NCBI GenBank assembly: GCA_013265495.1
Contig: MU060965.1
Coordinates: 558,001 to 622,000, forward strand
Length of the DNA: 64,000 nt
Direction: 5' to 3'
Source of the DNA: Vicugna vicugna
Taxonomy: Eukaryota
Part shown: one piece after another, positions 50,091 through 62,489 of the stretch
How the letters are laid out: each line of letters starts with the position of its first letter
How positions within the stretch are numbered: position 1 is the stretch's first letter
Notes under the pieces: generated by a model
Told to the model about the DNA's origin: nothing
Database searches by the model: none
Seen by the model: only the letters and a program-made list of their open reading frames with translations
Translations under genes and position numbers: made by a program

Positions 50091-53000
50091 CTCTGCCCTT
50101 GTGCCTGTCTCGCCCTGTCCCTTTCCCCACTGTCTATTATTATGAAAAATACACCACGATAGACATAAACCGGACAACCCTCTCCTTCCCCCCCACAAAT
50201 TTCTAGGAAAAGTTTGTTTTACGGACCCTGGTAGCGTCTTCCTGCTTGAAAGTGACCAAGGCACTTACAGCTTTCCCGGGCTTGCTGGGCTCCAGCGCGT
50301 CCTCCCGGGCTTCTCCCCTCATCAGTGCGCGGAATCTCTCATTTGCTGATTTCCAAACCAAGCCCGATGAGGCCAGAAGCCAAGCCGGCGGGAAACAGGA
50401 AGCCGGCCGCCTGATCACAGGTTCCCAGTGCTTTTGTTTCTGTACCGCGAAGTGGTTGGGACTGGAGCAGTGCCGGGTGCGTTTTCCTGAAGGGGAGAGG
50501 CAGAGACGGTTTTGAAAAGAAGAGAAAACGTAGTTGCACAGTCAGTGGTGCTCTGCCGGCTGGAATGAGGGTGGTGATGTCTCGGCGCCCTGCTGCTGCT
50601 GCAGAGGTGAGCCGGCTGAACAAGCGTGCTTGACCTCACACCCTGTTGGGAGTGTCTGCAAAGTCTTTTCCAAAAAACTAGATGAGTAGTGTTGCTTGAT
50701 TTTCTGATAATAATCAAGGAATCTAGCTTCTTCCTAAAGGAAACAACTCTACGCCCCTACTCTCTAGAGCAAAATGCTCTATGACAAACTGACTTCCTTC
50801 CTCAGGGAAACACGTGTTACAACTGTTTGTTACTACCAGTTATTATTAACTAGCTGTCACTGTTGGCATCACTATTGTATTAGAATGGTCTGATGATTTA
50901 AAAATAGCACTTCTGACTTAGGTTTTTCTTCTAAAGAGGAACTTTGAATTTAAAAAATGCTGGGGTTGGGGGAGGGAATAGCTCAAGTGGTAGAGCACAT
51001 GCCTAGCATACCTGAGGTCCTGGGTTCAATCCCCACCACCTCCACTGAAAAATCAAATAAATAAATAAATCTAATTACCTCCCTCCTGCAAAAAAAAAAT
51101 GCTGGGGTTGGTGTTTAATTTAAAAGCCCTAAACCTCATGCGGCTGGGCTGGGATGGTGGGTATTTTCTCTTACATCTCGGCGTGCGCTACTTGGAAAAG
51201 CAGACCACAAGGGGAGCTGATGGCTGAGGGCACAGCACTGCCCGTTCTCCCTGGATTGTCGCTTTGCCCCCACGGCCGCTGTCATGAGTGAATGAGCTCC
51301 TTCTTCCTTCTCGGAGGCTGGGCCCTGCTGGCAGGGAGGCCGTGACAAGGACCCTCCCGAGCTGTGCCCCCATCTTTGCGACTCCTTCCTGGCTCCACTA
51401 AGTGGAGAAAGTGCAGAAAGGGGGGCAGCACGGGGTCTCCCCCGACCCTGCCTGTCTTCCAGACGCAGCCAGGTGCCCGAGGGGGCTGATGGTGGGCGGC
51501 AGGGCAGGGGCAGGAGGGGCTCCGGGGAGCGACCAGGTGCAGTCCCGAGACATTCTAGACGGACTGGAGTCAGAACAGCGAGCAGGACGGGTGAGCACCT
51601 CGGCCTTCAGCTCCCACCTCGGGGCACCTCCCCTCAGCTCCCAGGTGGAGAGGCACCGGTGAAGAGTAAGCACTTTGCCGTCCTTGTGTTGGCACCCCCG
51701 TGGTCACGTGTTCATTACGTGCATAGAGACACACCTCGCGCCTTCCTGGCCGTTCTCTCACTGGGTCCTTACAGCAGGTAGGAGGTGAGGAGGCAGGTGG
51801 CTGTCATGACCTCTGCTGTGCAGCTCAGGAAACACGTTCACCCTTCGCTTGACACCAGGGGCCCTGGTGGCCCTGCACGACCCTGGCCCTCGGGGCTCAG
51901 AGAGGGCGAGCCTGGGCAGCCACACAGCAGTTGGGCACAGTTCCTGTAAGTTGCCACCATGGCTAGAAGCCTCATAGTACATAAGTTCACGGACAGTCAG
52001 GACACCTCCCCATGAAGGCCTTGGCTCTAGCACTGCGCACAGGAGGAGTCCCGCCGGTGGGGGAGGGGCTCGAGGGAGCCATTCAGGGAACACTGGCTTT
52101 TTCGCCCAGCGTGGAGGACCGGATCTGAAAATGCGTGGGTCGTGTGGTAATCAGAAAGGTAGCCTGCCTTCTTGATTTTCTCTCTTCTTGTCTGTTTAAA
52201 TGCAGAATTCTATGTTTGTAAAGAGCGTTGAAGGTTGGGATTCACCTTTTTTTTTAAATCTCTGTTGTACCTGGAGTCTAAGTATTACAGTTCGTGTCAC
52301 TGGAAGGAGGTTGTTCAGGAACACCCTTCCCAGCGCCCCGGGCTTCACGTCCCCTTGAAACCTACGATCAAAATCCAGACAAGACAGCTCACGTCTTCCG
52401 CTTTTTATCACGTGGCAGTTTCAGAGGCAAAGGCAGACTCAGGAAGCAGTGGGGAAATGGCAGAGTTAGACTGGGAGTGGTTCCCGCGAAGATCTATGTG
52501 GTCCTGAAGGAGGGGTGTTTGATGCGTGTGTCAGAATGTCACGCCGGGCTTGACAAGGTCCCCCCGGGACTGGTGGCCTGGTGGGGCCGATCAGATCCCC
52601 GCTTATCACACAGCTTCCCTAAAGGGACAGATCAGGGCGGAGTCCAGAGCCTCAGGAATCAGAATGTGGTCAGGTGGGTCTGCCAGACGGGCCACAGGGG
52701 GCCACGAGACAAGGCCCAGACGGTCAGAACTGTGGTTTGAAGCAGCTGCCAAGACTAATGGTTAATTGTTTTACGTGTAACAGACGTGTAATGAGTGAAA
52801 TTAGGGAAAACAGCAAAAACCAAAGTCCTGTGAAGAGCAGGGCGTTCGTCTGACGTTTTCTGAGATACGCAGCCGCATCACGTTTAGTTTTCGGAGTCAT
52901 ACTGCTCTTACCCCTGTTTTAACAACTGGGATTGAAAAGGGAACCTAGGAAAGAAACCGCCGAGGAAGAGCAGCTGGAAAAGCTGCCTACCGATGGGAAC

Positions 53001-56000
53001 CGACACAAGATTTAGGAACAAAGCAGGTGAATCGACAAGCCCCTTAGTGAAGGCGCTCTTGTGAGTGAGTTGCGTTTGGAGGGGGACTGAAGAAGCCGGA
53101 AAGCTTCTTGCAGCATGTTAAGCTGTTAAAAACAGACTCGAAGGTACTTTTGTCCCAATTAAAGGAAAAAATAAACGCATTGAAAAAAGACCCCAAGATT
53201 ATCTGCCCACTTCCAGCGCTGGAAGATGGAATCACTGTGAATTTCAGTTTTTTCCTCAGTATTTAGTATACTTTATAAATGTTCTAAGAAATAACTGTTG
53301 CTCTTACGAGCAGATAAAGATCATACATGTTTAATATAAAACTTCACTCTTACTTTTCCTTGTAGAAGTGCTGTTTTTCATCTTGGGGATATTTTCCGGC
53401 CCCCATCTGGGTTGGCTTTTAGCTCACAGACAGTGAGAGGCATGGAAAGGGGAGTCCCTGAGTGACTGAAAAAGCCAGGCGTGGGGAAGAAGGAGGGGGG
53501 TGAGGCTGGGGAGGGAGAGGAGACTTGGTGGGGGCTGGGGTGGGCACCCAGGACTGTCCAGCCAGCGCCGCCTGACCGCGGACACGGGTCCTGAGTGGGC
53601 ACTTCCTCACCACCTGCAAAAGCACAGCAGGTACCAGGAGCCCTGTCTTGGCACGAGTCTGACAGTGGCCTGGCCTCAGGCCACCGGGGGAGAGCACCTC
53701 TGGGGGCGGGCGGGCTGCGGGGCTAGTGTGAGGCTGGATGGAGGTGGGAGTTGGCTCTAGAACCAGGGCTGGGTTTGGAAGCTGGGGCGGTGTCGCAAAA
53801 GCCAAGCCCGTGGCCGTGGGCGTGGCCGAGGAGCGGGCGTGGCCTGGGCAGCGGTCTCTGCGCTCCTTGCTCCGCCCACTCCTCCCCTCCACGCTCGCCC
53901 TGCCAAGCCTGCCTTGCTGGGCCCTGGAGCCCTCGGGCCGGCGTCCCTGGGGCGGGCGGGGCTGGTCCGGGGCTGCATCACGACCCCTGTGCTGTTGGAG
54001 TGGGCGGCCTTTTGCAGCCACCGGCCCAGAGGCCTCGCTTCCCGCAGCCCTTGCTGAGTGTGCGCCCTGGCCGCCCTGGGCACTGTGCGGAGAGCTCGTC
54101 CGGCCTCGGGGGCGTCAGCCTTCTGAGCAGGTTTTGTTCGGTCCGGACTTGTTCCTCTGAAGGTTATTCTCAACACAGCCCCCATGGTGGGTGCCGCGGG
54201 AATCGGGTAGAAGGAGCCAGAGCGCGCCCCTCCTCTGTTCAGATCCGCGTCACCGCCCGCCCGGGCTCTCCGGGGCGCAGCTGGGGGCAGGTGAGAGAAA
54301 CCCTCCCTGTGGACTCGGGAAGTAAACCAGCCTGTCTAGGGAGGCAGAGAGGGAACGCCTAAGGGAAGGAATTCTGGAGCTGGTGGCAGGAATTGAACCC
54401 AGACACTCATGTCCAAGTCTGGAGATGCCCGGCCAGGGCTTGCAGAGCGGGGCCTGCAGACAGTGTGAGGGCAGGGCCCCCCGGTGCGGAGAGGGCCCTC
54501 CATCCCGCATCCCCGGGACCTGGGCCTTCAGCCGGCTGGTTGCTGGGCTGGGTGGGAGCTGGCGGTTTGTTACCCTGGTGAACGAGGGGAGCTCGTCCTC
54601 TCCAGGTGGAGGTAATAGGTGGTTTAGGGTGAGATCTCTGGAGAAGGGTCTTCCCGAGGGTCTGGAGGAAGGAGGCTGTTGGGGGGGTGCTCAGCTGAGT
54701 CTGAGGGGCACAGGAAGGGGGGCCTGGGCCTCGTCCGGGTCCTGCTTGGCCTCGGCATGAAGTGGCCTTCCTGAGAAATTCACCCTTGCTGGGTCAGCGG
54801 GTACAAACGGCATTGCCCAATGGCCAAGTTATTCTGAGTGTGCACGCTGACTCAGTTTTGTGTAATTTATTTCCGAGTACGTGACAGTCCCATTCTGGGG
54901 TGTCATGACTGTGACCTGCTGTGAAGCTTTTCTGATGGGACTGTGGACGGACATTGCAAATCTGCAGACGCACAGGTCTAGAGGGTGGAACGAGGCAGCC
55001 GGCATGCGGCGGGGAGGGGGGTGTCTGACCTGTGGTTGCAATCAAATACGCAGCTGCCCTCACCAAACACACACACAATCGATTTAAAAAGCTTTGGATT
55101 GGGGAGAAGAACCATGTTTTTCTTTCCTCCCCCATTTTGTTTTGGAGCCACAGAGATCAAGGTGGGTAATTTCCCGGAAAACAGCACAGCAGCCTGGCCG
55201 GGCTCAGCGTGGCCTCCAGTCCTGCCCCCCGGCTGTCGCTGCCTCGCTGTGTGGTTGCTGATGACCACGTAGGAACAGGAGCATCTGGGATAGAATTGTG
55301 GTGACAATTATCACAATTGTGGTTACTATACAGGAGGCTTCCCTGAGAGGGGAAGAAGCTAGGTCTACACAAAACCTAGAGGTGGGGGCTGAGGGAGGAG
55401 GCGCCGGAGGTTTCCTTTCTTGCCCACGATCTTGAGTTCAGTGACAGAATGAGGTTTGGATGCACAGACCAGGACATCCAAATTAGTGGTTTATAGTCTG
55501 GAGATCTAATTCTGCTACCTAATCAAAGTTTGGAGGCGGACAACCCAGGGCTGTCTTTCTGTTCTGCCTTTCTTTGCATGTGACCTCCATTGTCAAGTTC
55601 CCTCATGGTCCAAAATGGTGGCTGGGGCTCCACCTTTATGTTCACACTCCAGGCAGCAGGAAGGATGGACGGGATAAAGGCAAAGGGACTGGCTCCTGTA
55701 AGAGATTTCCTGTAGGACCACCCAAGTCCTTCATTAAGGCGGATGATCATCTGCTGGGAATCCAGCTGGCATGTTTCCACATTCAGTAATCAGGGCCTGC
55801 TGAATGGAAAGAGGATGGACGTGCAGGTGGGGAGAGTTTGGTGTGGAAGCAGGCTCACAGGTGCATCCAGGGAGCAGTGCTGGCTGCCTGAGAGGGGAGC
55901 ATGCACCTTCTCTGTGCACAGGGCGCAAAGGTCCTCCGTCCAGTCTTAGAAAGCGGCAGGTGTCTGGTTCACAGGCTCCCTGAGGTCCAGGGGTGCTTGT

Positions 56001-59000
56001 TAATGAGGCTAAAGTGCTGGTGGAGCTGGGCACAGAGCAGAAGCTCCACAAGCGGCTGGTGTGACTACCGCAGTGTGCGGTGAAGCCAGGGACTTGGAAC
56101 CTAGGGAGGGCTCGGCCGCCCTCGGCTCTGGTATTTACCAAGAACCCACTATGTGTGGGCGCCGTCTTAGGGGAGAGGGGTGCAGCAGGGAACCAGGGAG
56201 CCTGCACCTGCCTCACTGGGCTTGTCGTCTGGGGGACAGGCATCGGGGAAGTGAGCACAGGACGTGGTGACAGTGACTGGAGCCCCTCTGGGTGCAGTGG
56301 GGGCTGCAGGGGAGGGCAGCCGGGCTCCTGCTTCTGACCGCAGGAGGGCCAGATGGAGGCGCGGATGAGGGAGGCTGTGCAGGTGGACGAGGGGCCCTAA
56401 GTGCGGTTCAGGGATTGATGGCGAGGAACCGGCAGAAACCTCAGGGCGAGCGGAGGGGCAGTAAGAGTCCCCGCTCGGAGGACCGGGGTTGGGTGAGAAG
56501 GAGCTGGGCAGTGGTGGTCTCCACGGCTTTTCAGAGGCCACTTCAGTGCACCTGAGGGGGGCCCTGGGGAGGGGCAGGGCGAGCGAATGCCAGGTTCCAG
56601 CGAGTGGGCGGCAGGGCTTCGGGGAAAGAGCCTCGCTGACCCCGAAGGTGCCCATGTTTGCTAGGACCCCTCCCCGAGCCCGGCCCTGCACTAATCAGCT
56701 CCTTGTTTGCCCTCCCCAGAAGGATTTGAGAGAAGAAAGAAGACATGCCTGTGGTTTGTGGGGTCTCTGCTGGTGGTGTCCACCTTCATCCTGACCATCG
56801 GCCTCGCCGCCACCACCAGGACGGAGAATGTGACCGTGGGGGGCTACTACCCTGGGATCATCGTGAGTGCCGCAGTGCCTGGGTCTGCCGGGAGGGGCGG
56901 AGGGGCCGGGGGCCCCGGCGGACACAGATTTCTGTGAGGTAGTGACACGCTCCACCCCAGCCCCGCAGAGGAGGAGGTTAGGGTGTGGCTGTGGTGGGCT
57001 GCACAGCAGAGCACGGTCAAGGCTGCTGGTCAGCTGGCCACAGAGGGGTGAGTGTCCTGCACCGCCAGGTGGCCCGGTGGGAGCACGGGGTCCCAAGGAG
57101 TCGGGAGGGACAGGGGAGGGGTCAGAGCCCAGGGGTGGGAAAGGCCCCAGCCCAGTCTCCCCAGAGTCCCCCGAGGGAACCAGCCCTGTGACACCTGGAT
57201 TTTAGCCCCATGAGACCAAACCAACCAAACCAACCGTCGGAAAACAGACATGGAGCTTTCCAAGGTGCCTGCCCGAAGCCTCCATCGAAGACTCGTTAGT
57301 GACACGGTCGCGTGGGGACAGCAGGTGGAGGAGCTGGCGTCACCCCTCCTGACTTCCACTTCTGGGCAGGAATGCCAGTAAACCGACAGCCTAACCAGAC
57401 CGGGCAACAGCAGCCCCCAAAGTCAGCATCACCCAGCGGAGTTCTGAACCAGGAAGCCACGTCCTTGTGCTAGCAGTAGAACCTGCTCCAAGTGTCGGCA
57501 ATGCACTCAGGGAACATCTGTGAAGTTGCCGTTAGCAGCTCTCGCCCTCCAAGGGCACCAGAACCTGAGTCACTGTGTCATTAAGTGCTGAACCAAGACT
57601 TAAAAACAGAAGTTTAATCTCACTGCGCTCACTAAAGTGTTATCAAGGTTAGTGACAACATTGGTAACATTTTTAGCAAGGATGAAATATTTGAAGACAG
57701 TTTGTAAAAATTGTTCATCTTTATGTGATTTTTACTTTTGTGTTTTGTGTGTGCTTTATAAGCCCACGTTCTCCTCCTCTGCGTAACTGACGAGTAGGCC
57801 TAAGGAAAGGGTCTGCGCTGAGTTTTCTCAGCGAAATCCCACGAGACTGCTGCTTTGCCCGGGTCCTGCGTGGGCGGGGAGCCTGGGGTTCAGGGCCGTG
57901 AGGATGCGTCCCCCCGAGTACTCGCAAAGCGTCAGGGTCAGCCTCAAGGAGCAGCTTTTTGGCCTGTTCTCCAAGCTTCGCTGATTCGGGATTTCACTGT
58001 GAGGTCACACGCACAGCAGCCTGGGTGTGTTCAGAGCCCTGCTCTGCGAGGAGCCTGATTCCGGGGCTGTGGCCAGGAGGAAACTGGCTTCCACTGAACG
58101 GTTCTGAGAGCAAACTGTGGACACGACAGATGGGATTCGCCCAACGAGGACGTGGATAAAATCACTTTTGTGGAGACACTGCGTTGACCTGGAGACCTAG
58201 AGCCAAGGGAGGGTCTCAGGGGGACCCCGGGTGGGAGGGAACAGACGCCATGACGTTTTGGAAAGAGGATTGTTTTTCAAATCCCCCAAAATGAAACTTA
58301 GTGAAATGTAACGGATGTATTTTGGCACTTTCATGCTGGAGTGGGATTTTGATATTCTGAGCTGTGAGAGGGACTGTTGTATTTTGAAGAAAACGCCCAC
58401 CTTTCCTTTATTATTGGTGGAAACTGTGCACTCTGGTCCGGCTGCAGATGTGCCTGCAAAGACATCCCACATGAGCAGGTTGGATTTTAGTGCATTAAAC
58501 TTGGCCCCACAGCCTAGGGCAGCCACAGTTGTGCTGGTCAGCTGGTCACCTGTCCCCAGGCTGGCTGCGGGCCAGCCCCAGATGGTCGCTCAAAGTCGGA
58601 AGCGCAGGGCTCACCTGCGGCAGGCGGGACTGCAGCGCGCGCAGCTCCCTGCGGCCTGGGAGGTGCTCCTCACCCGCTATTCTGAGCTTCAAGCTGAGGG
58701 GAAAGTAGGAACTTCCTCCACCAGGCCCGCACGCCCCGGCCGTGCTTGGGTGGAGGGACCCTTCTCCGTGACATCCACGCAGCCGTGTGGGTTCCCCCGG
58801 CATCGCCACGTCACTTGCGCCTGGGGGCTGAGAGCGGGGCTTCCTCCAGAACAGGCGGATCGATTCCGCCCGCGCCCGCCCCCAGCGGGAGTCCCCGCCC
58901 CCCTCGTCTGCTCGCCGCGGGATCACCTGTCTGCCTGCGCACCGAGCCAGCGCCCCCTTCCAAGCGGTGTCGTCTGCGCAGGGTTGCGGCGACTGGCAGC

Positions 59001-62000
59001 GCCCCTGACACGCGCTCGGCTCTGGCTTCCTGTGACCCCTCCCGAGCAGCCGATCCTTCTCCGACTCCTCCGGCCGCCAGAGGGCTTCTCCTGCCCCCGC
59101 GCAGCGGCGGGGCTACCACGAGGAGGACCGACCGGTCAGGGTGAGGGGCACGGGCCCTCTTTTCCTGAAATCAAGTTAAACAGATGGGGGCATTAACGTA
59201 TGTGAAGACCAGACCAGACGGGTCTGTTTCAGCGTTTCCATGCCAACCCGGTGGCGCCGGAGGCGCTCCCCCAACCCACCTCCGCTTAGCGGCTGGAGCT
59301 CCGAGGGGGCTGGCCGCCTGGCCCTCTGGCAGAGCGCTTGGGTGGGCCGTCCCCTGTGCGTTGTCGCCGCCCAAGGTCAGCGTTAGGCTCCAGGCCGGTG
59401 ACCCGAGCGCTCTCTCTCTTGTCCTCCTTTGGTGTCAGCTGGGCTTCGGAGCTTTCTTGGGAATCATTGGCATCAACCTGGTGGAGAACAGAAGGCAGAT
59501 GGTGAGCGTGGACCTCGTTTCTGTCACGTGTGAGGGGGTAGTGGGTGGGAGGGGGTGTGTGGGTGTGGGGTGTGNNNNNNNNNNNNNNNNNNNNNNNNNN
59601 NNNNNNNNNNNNNNNNNNNNNNNNNNNNNNNNNNNNNNNNNNNNNNNNNGGGGAGTGGGTGGGGAGTGTGGGAGGGGGTGTGGGTTGGGGGACTGGGTGG
59701 GGGAGTGCGTGGGCAGGAGAGCATGGGGGGGGAGCACAGGCAGTGGCGTGGGGACGGTTGAGCACCACCGTGTGCACGCGGCAGCGTCCAGCAGGTGCTG
59801 GCTGGTGGCAGGTGCTCGGAGACCAGCAGCCACAGTTAGGTCCTGCATTTAAGCACGTAGGTCAGTCAGGATATTCATGCTGCTTCAAAAGTAGACAATA
59901 AAAAGCTGAGAAAACGTCAGCTAAAGAGCGTGCTCGTGACTCGCATGCACCCGAATGTGTAAGAACATTTCCTCTTCCCTTGATCTCCTTTTATTCCGGT
60001 GCTTTACAGTGGAAACATCGAACCCTACTCAACGTGGACAGAGCGGCATAGCAGCCTCTGCCCACCTCCCAGCGTCGTCATTGTCTCTGTAACTGTTCCA
60101 CTGTTCAGTCTAGAGGGTGGAATCTAATCACCAGAAATGGCTTCACCGTTATCTCTGACCTGAGAGCCGCCAGTCATGTCGGCTTCTGCTGCTGCCCCGT
60201 TGCGGGTGGCTTACTGCTCTCTCCCCACCCAGACAGACTGAGGAGCCCGTGGTTTCACTGGTGGCTCTGCCATCGGGCGTGGTCCCCGTGGCCAAGGATG
60301 GAGCTGTTATGGGTCTAAAGCAGTTTCCTCCCCCCACGGCCGTCCAGGTGGGAGCACTCAAACACATGCTGGAATCTTCCGCAACAGGGTTTAAAATCCT
60401 CAGACTAACTGAAGTCACTTAGAAGTCGATGAGCATGTCCCCTGGGGGGCAGGGCATCAGCCTGTGTGGGGGAGGGTCCCGGCTGTCCTCCCCGTGCCCC
60501 CTCTGCTTGGGGTCAGGGCATCACGGGCCCCTTACGGGCCCCTCCCCTTCTGTGCAGAAGCCCAGCTGGTCTCTGCTGCCCCCAGGACTGGGTGGGTGGG
60601 GCTGACACAGAAGGGCTGTGCAGGCAGACGAGGCGCATGTTCCGAGGTCCTGGGTGCGCACGGCGTCTCTGGTGGGAAAGTGAAGTCACTGATTCCATCT
60701 CAGAGCAGTTTCAGCCACCCAGCGACAACCATCAGTAACCGTTAACTGCCAATAATTGCCAGTGACCGTCAGTGACTGTCAACGACCACAAGTAACTGTC
60801 AACATTACTTTGAGGCACCGGTTGCCCCCTGACTTTTCCCGAGTGAGGATCATCATCACCCACCCATTTCTTTCTTCATCAAATGTTTCCCAAGCATGCA
60901 TGGCGCTGAGCTGGGCACTGGGCGGGGAGACTGGTCTCACGGACTTAGAGCTGTGCACGGAGCGTGGGGGGCGCTGGGGGAGGATGGGGAGAGGCAGTGG
61001 AAGCAGACAGGGCCTGGGGGGTCTACTCCCAGGCTGGGATGGGAGTGGAGCTCGGTGGTTAAGGCTGAGACCCAGGGGCAGCTCAGCTCTGTCCAGCTCG
61101 AGATGTGTCGGTTCTGTTAATAGTTTCAGAGAACCAGCGTCAGTTCTCTTCACTGCTTGTCTGTTCTCCAGTCTCTGCTTTGACCTTTGTCACACCTGCG
61201 CCCCCAGCTTCTGGTTGGTGGGACCCAGGAGGCCCACAGGGCGTTTATGCAGTGTACGGATAGTCAGAGGGGAGATGAGGGCCAGAGAGGCCAGCAGAGC
61301 AGAGACCGAAGGACTGGACGCAGCTCTGATTTGATGTTGGGGGCCTGGCTTCACCTGGAAGCAGCTCGTGGGGGCTGCGAGGAAGGGAACCCAGGGCACG
61401 GGCTTGGCCCTCGTAGCCCATCCTGTCCCCTGGAGTAGCCACTGGGAGCTTCACGCCAAAACTGAAACCAAAGTCCCAGGGGTCAAACCAGCCCGAATGC
61501 CTGGTGGAACCAGTAAATACTTCAGGTTAACCAGGGTGGGCGGGAGAGGCCGTGTGGAGTCTGTGACCAGGGGAAGAAGCAACCAGCTGACGTGGGAAAA
61601 CAGCTTCCAATGGAACCGTGCTCTCTAAGGTTACAGGCGGAGCTCTGCAGGCGAGCCGTGGTCTCTAGTCAGTGGCTCGGTTTTCACAGGGTTTGGGTGA
61701 GAAACTCCACGGTGACTTTAGGCTCCTTTGGGGACTGAGCACTGGTTCTCAGGCTGCGGTCGTGGCCACTGGAGAGAGTGTAGGGGTCCTGGTGGGTTTG
61801 GAAGGGTTGACCCTTGGCCGCTCAGTGGGGAGGACAGACGGGAATTTTTATACTATTTTTGCTGTTTGTTTTGGTAAACCTGAAATCATTCATAAGAAAA
61901 GATAGAAAAATGTTGAAGAAATGGCCAACAGATGTGAGCAAAGGGCCTCTGCCTCCGTGAACACAGAGGAGTGTGTTTGAGGGCACAGGGAGCCTTTTTT

Positions 62001-62489
62001 GCCCATCAGCTCGGAAACCCCGAGGTTGGCCCTAGGCAGCATCTCCAGGCTTCGGGGGCAGGCGGCAGGCTGCGGGAGGAGCAAGCCCGCAGCGTCCTCT
62101 CGGGTGCTGAAGCGTGAGACCCTGCCCACGGAGCCCCGACTGCGAGCGTGGGTTCCTGCATGTCCCGGGAATCCACCCCGCAGAAATACTCACGCGTAAG
62201 CCCAGAGTTTTACATAGAACCGTGTAGCAGCGCTGTATTTGCAAGATGTCGCAGACGGTCACACTGCCCTGGAAGCCCCATCACCTCCGTGTGGGGCGGC
62301 ACTGCATGCTCTGGGGTCCTCGGCCCCTCCCTCGCCTCCAGGGGCCTGACGCTGGCCTTGAGGGTCCGTCTGTGCTGAGCCCTGCCCTTCTGCTTCCAGC
62401 TGGTGGCAGCCATCGTGTTCATCAGCTTCGGGGTGGTGGCCACCTTCTGCTGCGCCATCGTGGACGGCGTGTTTGCTGCTCAGCACATC
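49857..62489 (+). CDS. TMEM255B: Transmembrane protein 255B (FAM70B), 3'-partial; join(49857..49911,56720..56862,59439..59501,62400..62489)
   Basis: Exons give [36 protein letters not shown]...[68 protein letters not shown]. Exon 5 onward not found in the window. Confidence 0.96.
50952..51109 (+). mobile_element. tRNA-derived SINE (camelid Vic-1-like) with target-site duplications
   Basis: A-box TAGCTCAAGTGG at 50979-50990, B-box GGTTCAATCCC at 51023-51033, (AAAT)n tail and poly(A); 16-bp TSD AAAAAATGCTGGGGTT at 50952-50967 and 51094-51109; TTT/AAAA L1 endonuclease site. Confidence 0.9.
55440..55770 (-). mobile_element. MaLR LTR fragment (MLT1J/K-like)
   Basis: cctcatggtccaaaatggtggctggggctcc...ttcacactccaggcagcaggaagg resembles the recalled MLT1J consensus. 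Confidence 0.55.
56720..56862 (+). CDS. TMEM255B: TMEM255B exon 2
   Basis: cag|AA GGA...ATC|gtgag, 143 bp. Confidence 0.96.
59439..59501 (+). CDS. TMEM255B: TMEM255B exon 3
   Basis: cag|CTG...ATG|gtgag, 63 bp. Confidence 0.96.
59575..59649. other. Assembly gap (75 N) inside a G/GT-rich repeat
   Basis: Run of N flanked by gggtgtg/gggtggg tracts. Confidence 0.99.
62400..62489 (+). CDS. TMEM255B: TMEM255B exon 4
   Basis: cag|CTG...ATC|gtgag, 90 bp. Confidence 0.96.

Noticed and set aside
50968-51045. Possible tRNA gene
   Set aside because: No complete cloverleaf; it has a poly(A) tail and TSDs, so it is a SINE.
54790-58400. Possible old DNA-transposon or L1 fragments near 54790-54960, 57600-57760 and 58180-58400
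   Set aside because: AT-rich and suggestive, but I could not assign a family with confidence without RepeatMasker.
58315-59196. 293-aa ORF in TMEM255B intron 2
   Set aside because: Runs through a CpG-rich block, no domain, not needed to build the TMEM255B frame.
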